NCBI RefSeq assembly: GCF_009914755.1
Contig: NC_060932.1
DNA length: 64,000 bases
Reading direction: 5' to 3' (one strand)
Origin: the human T2T-CHM13v2.0 reference genome, Homo sapiens
In this document: positions 54,034 to 64,000 of the stretch, piece by piece
Layout of the letters: the number at the start of each line of letters is the position of its first letter
Position numbering within the stretch: the stretch's first letter is position 1
Made by a program: the position numbers and the translations under genes
Notes under the pieces: generated by a model
What the model saw: only the letters and a program-made list of their open reading frames with translations
What the model was told of the DNA's origin: nothing
Databases searched by the model: none

Positions 54034-57000
54034 GTACTTGGTCCCCTTGGAGGCGTTTCCCGGGTGTGCAGTGGCAACACTGGTCCTAGCAAAGAAATGT
54101 GTGAGTGTGAGTGTGTGTGTGTGTCTGTGTTTGCGCGCGCGCATCTCCGGGCAGTGTCCGAGCCCGAGGTGGGGAGAGCGGCGCAGGGAGCCAGGGAAAA
54201 CCAAAGTCCGTTCCCTGCTTCAGGATCGTTTTCTAGATGTGCGCAAAATACAGTCCCCTCCCCCCACCCCTCCCACGGTGAGCTGCGCCCAGGTCGTCTC
54301 CCGGCGGGGCGGGTGGCGTCTGCGCTGCGGGCCGCGCCGGCCGGGCACTAGGCGGCCGGCGGGCCCTGTAAGTTCTCCGAGGGCCACTTGCACAGCAGGA
54401 GGGGCGAGGGCCGTGTACGTGGCGCTGGCCGTCGGGCGGGGTAGAGGGGACCCTCAGAGCACCCGGGAGATGGGGGTAGAAGCGGCAGAGACCGCATATT
54501 CCGGAGGGGCTGGCTCCAGGCCACGCGAGCCGGAGCTGGAGACATTTCCAGAGCCTTGAGGATGGCACCGGCCCTCGCACGCTCAACTCCTGCTCCTCCT
54601 CTTCGCAATGAGTAAACGACGCAGTAGGTCCTACCCAGCCTATTTTGCTTTACCAAAGGGCTTTGCTTTCTTAGGGATGCTGTCTTTGGATCTTTTTTTT
54701 CCCTGTTGTGTTGCGTTGGTTTTAAGTGCCTGCTGGTGTCGTCTTCCAGGGGATGGGGAAATAGTTTCTTATAAGATGATCACTTGGGTTTAATGTTGAG
54801 GACGACGCTGTTAGTTTGCAGTAATGACCCTACACCTCTAAGGTATTAAAAAAATGCCTTTTATTTAAATTTTGTTAAAGGGGCAGAGTTTTCCCTCTTT
54901 TTAACCACCTGATACTGGCTCTAAAGGTTTTCCCCTGAGAACTGTGTACAGGGCAGGAGTGAGGGGTTGGTGATAGAGGTGATGATTTCGTGTGTTGGTA
55001 GCACTGACGTATTCAATGTTGAATGTATTCTATGATATTTTATGATTATCCTGTTACATGTTTTCAGTATAATTTAGCATTACTTTTCAGAGACGTACCA
55101 GTTGGCAATAAAAAGCCTTTTCTGTATTTAACACTGTGACCGAATCTGCTGGAAATTTTTCTGTCCAAATAAATTTCCTGAAGGCATACATCTTAAAATC
55201 TGGAGAGTCACCATTATTTAAATACTTTGATTTTGAAGCTTTGATTTTCTTACCTTTTCCCCCCTTAAATGAAAAGCTTAGCTTTAAATTACCATGTGTA
55301 TATACTTTGAATTCTGTAAAATAAACATAAAGCAAATGAAACAACAACTTTTTACCTCTCAGATGAAGTTTTCTTCTAGGTAACTACAGAAATAAAAACT
55401 GACTGCAACATACAGAGGGGCCCATGACAAAGGGGTTTATAACATACACTGGCTTTTTCAAGCAAATATTTCACTGTCTGTAACCTCAGTTTGTGGAATG
55501 AAAGGTTTTACGCCTTAGTTTTTACTCTTTGTGGTCAAAAAGTAAGGCGTGCAATGGGCCATTTAACTGTAGAAGATTAAAAGTTAGTGTAATATCTGGA
55601 AAGTTGTATATATTTTTTATTCACAACTCATGCAAGTATCTCAAAAGTCTTTGGACATTTCATTGTATTTCCTGGCGGGGAAATACAATGTATGTGAGTT
55701 ATTTTGTTCTCCGAGTAGCTTTTCTCTGTGAAGGAAATCCTGTTGCATTTATATAAAGAAGATAGTTTATGTCACTGTCTGTGGACACCATATTTGATAT
55801 CTTGAGGTGTATAGTTCTAAGATTTGAAGCCAATATGATGGCACTAAGCCTGAAATTAGGATTTTCTTATTTTGTATAGTGAGCTAATTACTAAAATACA
55901 GTCTTTCATATGCCTCAAACAGCTAACATAAAACATTAAAAAAGCCACTTGCAACATTCTGTGATTTTAAAAATCATTTCAATTATAACAATGTATGTAC
56001 ATAGAAATGCTCATTTATTAAAATGCAAGACAATTTATGTGTATAATATATTTTTGTATGTTTTATGTATTGTAAGTCGTTTAGTTCTTTTAAGAGAGAG
56101 AGAGACAGAGCAAGCAAGCAAGAACTTGAATGATCGAACCTGCATTTTCATTAAGAGAATCAGTTGCTGCCCTAAGGTTGAGGTAGTATGTGGTTTAAGA
56201 TTGGGCAAAGCACTAGCTGTACTGTGTGATATTTCCCAATGAGATTGAAACAATTAATGGGACCAAAGACGATTTTAATGTGAGGACAGAGAGGTAGTTG
56301 TGCTTTAATTTCTGTAACTTAAGATCATTCTAAGAACCTTTAGTTATCTATGTTTTCATTTATTTAAGATTCATTTTTAATTATATTGTAGACTTGTATT
56401 ACATTTCTATCTATTACATTCAAATTTTTCAGATTTCTTCCTGTGTGAATCATTCTGGGAATTCTACAACTCTTAAACTGGCCACCTGTTTAGTTTTTGA
56501 TTTAAAATTGTTGAAGGTAGTATCCTAGATTTAGCACCGCCTACTGGCTTCTCATGGAAAAAATGTATTTTTTCATTCGCCAAGCGACCCACAGGGATTT
56601 AGATCAATTTAATTGTGCAGATCTTTTCAACTGCTTACTAAGCGAGAAGGAGGGAAAAAAAAGTTTCTATTTTGTAATGAGAGAGGGTTTCCAAGGTAAA
56701 GGTGGGGACTGAGGGAAATAAGACCCACAAATTAAATTGGCATTGGATCACTATCTGACCTCAAACATTGTACTATCTAAACTGTGACAAAGAAATAATC
56801 ACAAAATGAAAACCTGTTAAATTTTCAAGAACTTTTTATGGGATAATAAAATGTGGGTATTGTTTAAAATCTTGGATTACTAAATTAATTTTTCAATGTC
56901 TATCTCAGTCTTGATATAAAGAAAGAAAGTTCTAGTTGGAATTCTGTCTTGAGTGTGTGGTCTGTTGAAGAATATTTAAATGAATAACTTTTCATCATTG

Positions 57001-57694
57001 AAGATTAACAGTTAATTATTTTTCATATTTATTTTTTATGGTCATAATCAAGTAACACCCTGATTTTTTTCTTAACATGCATCAAATAGCCACACCGTGG
57101 TGGTGTATATACAAGGGGGAAAAGTTCCAAACATAAAATTATAAAGACACATCCTTAGCCATAATAGATGTGTTACCTTTCTTAAAAATGATAATTGGTT
57201 TATTTTCTCTAATTTATATGAAAGTCTAGTGGTTAAAAGAGCTACTATAATAATACAAATAAATGATGCCTTAAGAATATACAAATTGTTAATTAGAAAA
57301 ATAATTTGATATGCTAAAATTTTCTTCCTAATTAAAAGAAATGTGAAATATTTGGATAGCTGTTCCTTAAATGCAATATTGACTTATTTTAAGAGCCAGT
57401 AGTAAGTATATAGAAATTCCAGTGAGAAGTATAGGTCTGTTGCGTTTTTGCAACTCTACCCCAGTAAAAGTGTGGTCATGTTTTGTTTACTGTTTACTGA
57501 TAGTGTAAGCAACTAATTAAGCAGGGCATTCATTGATATAACTCTACATTTCAAGTCTTCAAAAAGCTCCATTATGGAAGTAGAAGAGAAGTGAAGTGGG
57601 TATGTAAGATTGTTTGAATAGTAAGGACGAATTTGAGAAAAATATTTCAATTACAATTGATTTTTCTCTCTGACTTTTGAAACTTTTATTTTTA

Positions 57695-57817
57695 TTTTAG
57701 TTGTTTATTTTTATTTTTTCTTTCCAACTTTTAGTTTCAAGGGGTACATGTACAGTTTTGTTACATGGCTAAATTACATGTCACAGGGGTTTGCTGTACA
57801 GATAGTTTTATCGGCCA
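57695..57817 (-). mobile_element. Short L1PA/PB 3' fragment
   Basis: ttcaaggggtacatgtacagttttgttacatgg; near-perfect TSD tgaaa(ct/tc)tttattttta. Confidence 0.8.
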
Positions 57818-60099
57818 TGAAATCTTTATTTTTAAATGATGATTAGCTGAGACTTTAAAAATAGTTATTTCTTTACTTCTTTTATCATACTGTCATTATG
57901 AAAACTCTGTGTTTTGCTATGAAAACCTGAAGTAATGATTAATTTTATTCTTCAAATTTTTATGGACTTCCAGAAAGTAAATAATAACATGTTTAAAAAG
58001 GTCCTTATTGATCTGCAGTTATTGTTATTATTCTCTTATTACTGTTACTATCTACTACTTCCAGTGACCTGTACGAATGCTTGTAAAGATGCCATTTCCA
58101 TAATTCAGTTTGATTCTTTGATTTAATAAATTTCTCTTCAGTAATTGGCAGGCAACATAAACTTTCATTTTATTGGCAATAACAACAGTTTGTTTTGCTA
58201 AATCATGATTTTGAAAACAATATTCAATAACATGTAAGTAATATCTGATTTCTGAATGTATCAATAGCAAGTTACACTGTTAACAAGTTTACATAATTAT
58301 ACTTGTCATCACCCTTCCTTTTATTATTAAATTTTGATGTGCAGACTGCATAGATATAACACAGCTATTGCCAACTTTAGTAGTTTTGCTTATCCTCATT
58401 GCTTTTAGATTTTCAATAATACATTGGGAATTTTGTTTTCTTTTGTTAGACTTATGTTAAATATCAAACTTACCTTGTGGAAAATTAACTTTGTGTTTTT
58501 CTAAATTCTTCCTTACGTTTAAAAAGATTTTTGTTTGCTAGTTTTGAATTATCCTGCTATTTTTCTGGGACTGAGTCCTGGAAAATAGAGGCATTGGTTT
58601 AATGTCTTTTTCTATCCATTTGTAGCCACAGAGATGGCAGTTGGAGGACTTGAGTTAGTATTTAGGATTTACATTTTCTGGGCTGTCCTTGCAGACTCCT
58701 CAGCTGGGGGTCAAGACTCTAAGAGTTATTTATTTGACCATGTAAAAATCTAAATAGAGAGGAAAATTATGGAGTAGAACGTGGAAGTCTTGCACTGGTC
58801 TTCTGAAAGATACAATAGCATGCATCACTAAGTGCTCTTATATTACAAAATACTAGAGATTTTCTGTGCATAAATATGTTTGGCAAAATTCCATTTAACT
58901 CACTAATATGCTTTTTGCTTGAATTCTTTCCCAAACTTCAGAGTGGGAATTGATTGCATTCATACATAATCCATGTGTTTAGAGAAAATGTTTATACACA
59001 TTTTGATAGCCATATGCTAAATAATAAGAGGAGCAACACATTTCTGAGTCATTTCGGAAATTATTAACAGGTGGGAGTAAGGAACGGCTATTTTTTCATT
59101 AAATCAAGATGAGAGGGAAAGAAATTGATGTGTCAAATGAATGCAATTCCATTTGTACTTCCCTTCCGTGATTAGATAATAGTATTATTTTATATGTTGG
59201 AGGAAACTGAGACTTGGAGCTCAGAGCTCCATAGGTGGTAAAGGGAAATTTGACATGTAGGAAGTCTTAACTGACGACTCATGTTTTTTTTTTTTTTCCT
59301 ACACAGATATGCTTCATTTGTGGAGATGATTTTTTTGTTTCTTTTGTTTTTCCTAATATAAAACAACTGTTATGTATTTATTCTTGATACATTACTTAAG
59401 ATGTCTGTAGTTTGGCAAGTTTTCAACAGGGAGTGCTTTCCACTAGTGAGTGCTTTGAGCAGAAACAAAAGAATATTGCCCCACACAGATACTCTTAACT
59501 GGTCCTGAAAGGACCTTTCTGTGACCATGTCATCACACATCTCTTCAAGACGGGTTTTCTGAAGAGAGCCAATGCATGGCATCACATTTGTGAGTTACCA
59601 CTGTTGCTCTGTGGTTGGGTCAGAAGAGACGGTTCTCTGTCCTTAGTTGCTTTGCAGAGAGCCTGGGAAACACATTCAGCATTTACTTACTGAGTACAAA
59701 ATGTAATCTCTACTCTTGGAGCTTTTGCAGTGTGATGTGGAAAATTAGTCTTTTGTGCAAGGAAAGCTGAACAGCTAATTCTTTCATAACACAGAGCTCT
59801 GTAAATATAGGTGTCTTGTCTGTCTACCAACATCTCACCATCAACATCATAACACCTCACAATTTTACTGTTACACATATTTGTATGTGACATTTATCAA
59901 GCTCATTTTATGTTAGTAACATAAAACACATATAAGTGTAACATATTATTTGAGGATTCTGTGTTTAATTGCCTCTTCAGATGTGCAAGAATGTCTTCCA
60001 TCATTAGTTTCCTTGGAACTTGAAAAAGTGAATACTTTCAATGCAGAATGGGAAACATAAACTATAGTGGAAACAGTGTGAATGCACATGATGAGATGG

Positions 60100-60700
60100 A
60101 TTTTTAAAGACTTGGTCATAAGTCCTCACGTTCATAAAATCAGTGGATTTAGAGGTCAAAGTATAGGGAGGGTTAAATGCTGCCTTTGAATTTTGGAATC
60201 TGGATATCTTGAAAACAGGTGGTATAAAACAAAACAAGAGAAAGTAGTATCTGTAGGAGAGCCTTATTTGGTTGGAGGTGGGAAAATGATTCAATTTTGA
60301 ACATAGTAATTTGAAGTTCTGACATTAACTTCTGGATTAAATGACCAATGTGCAATGGAAATTCAGGTCTAGAGCTGGGAAGCACACTTAAGGCTAGAAG
60401 GAGATATGACAGTATCATCTACATTAAAACTCTTTAAGTGGGAATAAGTCCTGCACAGGTAGAAATTTGGGAACATCTGCTTTTTTTTTTGAGTGAATGT
60501 AAAAGGGGCTGATAAAGGGCAGAAAAATAGAGTTAGGATGATAGCCACTGAAGCTCAGAAAAAGTATGTGGGGTGTGTGTGTGTGTATGTAAGTATTGTT
60601 CAACAGAGCTAATGCTGCATAGGCTCAAAAGAAGATAAGACCTGAGATAAAAGCTTTGTAATCTGTCATTAAAATCCATGAATTTTTGAAATAAACTAAA
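60100..60700 (-). mobile_element. L2 fragments
   Basis: gattcaattttgaacatagtaatttgaag...ggaaattcaggtctagagctggga. Confidence 0.5.
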
Positions 60701-60772
60701 TGAATGTGATTGATGATCCTCAATATGATGTGGCAGCGTCATAAAGAGGGCTGTTGTTCCCAGGATTGTATG

Positions 60773-60788
60773 TGTCGTGTGTGTGTGT

Positions 60789-60820
<32 letters not shown>
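60773..60820. repeat. (TG)n microsatellite
   Basis: Direct inspection. Confidence 0.9.
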
Positions 60821-60822
<2 letters not shown>

Positions 60823-60869
60823 AGTGATAACATGATCTAAATAGGAAGACCAGTAGGAAGTTTTTCCTG

Positions 60870-62150
60870 AAACTAGCTAAATTGATTTGAAATTTATATT
60901 TATATGCAAAAATAGCAGAGAATATTCTGAGAAAGAAGAGAGGGCTAACCTGTTACATAATAAAATACACTATAAAGCTTTAAAAATAAATATATTTACT
61001 AGCTATGTCTACTGAAAAATCTTCAAAGCAATGTCTTTCAGGAAGCAATGAGCCCTTCTAGTGCACAAAGCATGGCTTCTTAATATCATTCCCCATTCAA
61101 GAGGACAAGAGCCCTTTAGTCTTCCTTAACCTAGAATTGGCTGATTCTAAGTCTGGGCAGAAAAAACACAAGATGAGCCTGGGACAACTCACTGCAGAAA
61201 GTAAGGAAATGGTCAAAGACAAATAAGGCTGTATCATTGTAAACAAGTGCTAGCTTGAAGGGCCTTCCAGTTGTGCAATTTAAATCAGTTTGAATTTCAA
61301 GAGTGAATATAACAAATTGTAAACGTTGAGTAAAGTAAAATCCATGAGTGCATAATGATACTCTAAATAAATATATAAAAAAGAAAAATGACAATTAATA
61401 ATTAAATTGAGATAATTAAATGATTAGCCTGCCTTTCTTAGTTGATGAGGGACAGCTTTTTACAAAATAATGTGAATTAAGTGTAAGAAATGTAAGAATT
61501 AGAAAATTACTATTTGTAACTCTCAGTGAAGTAAGTGATTCAGTCAAAGATGATCAACAAGTGATAAAATAATCAATTAAAATTATTTTGATGAATAACA
61601 TATTCTCATAGTGCTCAAGTATTAATTGCATCTGCAAGTCATCGTTTTAAGTGACTGAATGATTTAACCCAACATCACCAATAGACAACCTGACACTATG
61701 AGCCTCCTGACGAGATGCCATATAAAGGCTATAGTGCCATTTGTGAAATATTGTTGCTAGAATGTCTAACCTGAATCTAATAAAACCTGGTTAGATTTAA
61801 CTTCCAGTTTATAGAAAAATTCAGAGAAAGGACCAGTTAAACTAAACCATGAGGAAATAATGAGACAAATGCATAAGGTGAGGTATTCCACATTGAAGAT
61901 ACATACCAGCCCTGTGGCCTAGACTTGTAAAATGTCAGTGCCACTGTGGGAGGACTTTTCCAGATTAAAAAGGACTAAAGACAAACAAATGCAGTGCTTG
62001 AAGATTTATTTTATTTCACTTTTTAAAAATGTGGTCTATAAAAAGTCAAATTTTGGTAGAATTGGGAAATTTTTCATATGGGCTAGAAAACAGATGATAT
62101 TAGCAGATGAGTGCTGAATTATTTGGGATAAATGCAGTGATACATGAAAC
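60870..62150 (+). mobile_element. Old L1MC/MD-like 3' region
   Basis: agaattggctgattctaagtctgggcagaaaaaacacaagatgagcctggg; acctgaatctaataaaacc; cagattaaaaaggactaaagaca. Confidence 0.65.
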
Positions 62151-62161
62151 TGAATTTTCTT

Positions 62162-62449
62162 TTTTTTTTTCTTTCTTTTTTTGAGACAAAGTCTTGCTCT
62201 GTTGCCTAGGCTAGAGTGCAGTGACACGATTTCGGCTCACTGCAACCTCCGCTTACCATGTTCAAGCAATTCCCCTTCCTCAGCCTCCTGAATAGCTAAG
62301 ATTACAGGCGTGTGCCAACATGCCCAGTTATTTTTTGTATATTTAGTAGAGACAGAGTTTCACCATGTTGACCAGGCTGGTCTTGAGCTCCTGACCTCGT
62401 GATCTGCCTGCCTTGGCCTCCCAAACTGCTGGAATCACCGTGCCCAGCC
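62162..62449 (-). mobile_element. AluS
   Basis: Antisense dimer with a small deletion near its 5' end; flanked by aactgaattt(t)ctt. Confidence 0.92.
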
Positions 62450-63059
62450 CGCAACTGAATTTCTTATGAGTCATCAAAGGAGTGAGGGAGGGAGTGTGTG
62501 TGTGTGTGTGTGTGGGGGGGGGGGTTGTGTACGTGTATATGTAAAATAATCATTTGTTAACCAACTTTAAATCAGGGAGTGCTTATGCTGGTTTTATTGT
62601 GTTATTCTTTCTAGTATTCCATCTATTTGAATTTTTTTTCGTAAGGAAAGTTGAATAGTCTATTAGTTGCCATTGAGAAAAAAATATGTTTATTGAGGCT
62701 AAATAGAAGCAGAAGTCCAATTGCCCATGTTTAAGGTCATCTGGGATCTTGAAGATATGGAGACAAAAAAAATGAAGTTTAATGTTAAATTGTGGGAATG
62801 AAATATTACTCATCGAAGTAATATTATTGAAGGAAGGATATTTTTAAAGCCACAGTAAGGAAAATATGAATGCATCTTTATGTTTTTCAGGATGGAATCC
62901 CCTTGCAGGAAGAGGTGGAGGTATAATAGAAAGGAAAATAATTTTTCAGGGTCAATTTCAGAATGTTCTAAGAAGGTTGGTGTGATTAGTAGTAGCGCAA
63001 GGAGATGCTGGTTACGTCTCAGAAGAGGAAGAGAATTGAATCAGTTCATTAGTTAAACT

Positions 63060-63900
63060 AAGTAACTCATTATTTATTTAACAGATATTTCTTGAGCATT
63101 TTCTTTGTAAGTACTGTGCTGGAGGATGAGGATTCTGTGGTAAATAAAACTGATAACAATGCTGACTGCAAAGAGTTTGCCATTTAATGGTGACTTCAGT
63201 CTTCTCAGATAATTGTAAATGAGGTCCTAGGTTGAAATTAACTGGTATGGAGATAGGAGCTAGGGGAGTGTAGTAGGGAATAAGCATGAAATATAGAAAG
63301 ATTCTAGAGCTGTAATGAGGAACTTGGCAAAATTAGCATTTGTTGTCACTTTAGTCAACACAGTTACATCACTTCTCTAGGAACACTTAGCCTGTAATCT
63401 GAATGGGTTAAGGAAACAGTTGAGGATTACTTGGTTAGAGACTAGAAAGGCATCCACTTTGTGTAAAACAAAGTGAGGAGCTTTCCAGAGGTAGTGGATA
63501 TGAAGATATAAATAAATCTGGGCTGAGAAAGAGAGCAAGGGCAGCTCTACGAGATGAACAGAATAAGAACTGGTAAGATTTGAAAGCCTGAAGAGCAGGA
63601 TGAAAATGAATAGCAGACTCACTAATTTTAATAGAATGAGAGTAGTGCAAGGATGGATAGGTTTGGTCAGAAAAGACTATTGTATTTCTAGCGTTTGACA
63701 GTGGAACATCGTCAAATGGTGAATAAATTTTAGAGTATGGTAAAGCATGTGGCTAAGAAAGGAAGACACTGCTGATTTTGAGAAGTTAAGATATTGTGAG
63801 GTGAAGCTGAGTATTAAAAGTGTAATTTTGAAAACGTGATTTAAAAAACCTGTAACAGGATGACAAGTGAGGAGGTGGAAAGGAAAACTATAAATGTATC
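63060..63900 (-). mobile_element. L2 fragments
   Basis: cattatttatttaacagatatttcttgagcattttctttgtaagtactgtgctgga L2 3' antisense. Confidence 0.55.
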
Positions 63901-64000
63901 AAAAGTATCAGTGATATTTTTAGAGCTTTACAATCAACTAAGACCAAAACAGATTTTTTTTTTTCATTTGTGACTTCTAGGACTTTAGTCCTTTCTTTGG

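Larger units (their letters stand above)
51770..54630. promoter_or_regulatory. CpG-island promoter region, split by an AT-rich segment at ~53200-54000
   Basis: Abrupt rise in GC and CpG in repeat-free sequence (dense at 52640-53190 and 54040-54620); CCAAT at 52691; GTCACGTG E-box at 53066; GC boxes. Confidence 0.9.

Noticed and set aside
51701-54793. Long overlapping ORFs on both strands of the CpG island (e.g. 52558-53070, 54038-54559)
   Set aside because: Expected from stop-codon scarcity in GC-rich DNA; low-complexity products, often non-ATG starts, no recognisable domain

Overview
Primate (most likely human) genomic DNA, AT-rich, with no supportable protein-coding exon. Bases 1-51500 are repeat-rich intergenic sequence (Alu J/S/Y, L1, L2, MIR, ERV/MaLR solo LTRs, Tigger-derived MITEs). 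They include a degenerate TPM3 processed pseudogene (about 31537-34279). Bases ~51700-54650 hold a split CpG-island promoter with several candidate non-coding first exons of a large plus-strand gene, followed by ~10 kb of probable first intron. The gene is not identifiable from coding sequence; ADGRL3/LPHN3 is an unverified guess from memory. The most unusual structure is a rearrangement of the TPM3 retrocopy after it inserted: a 1.3-kb inversion with near-identical inverted duplications at the breakpoints (48/48 and 60/61 nt). A ~40-nt piece also appears removed from the neighbouring L1 and re-inserted at one junction. The 5' leader region carries an ATG-GGC-repeat uORF and a uORF cluster. 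I found no evidence of a novel multi-gene system. Repeat subfamily names come from recalled consensus sequences and boundaries are approximate.
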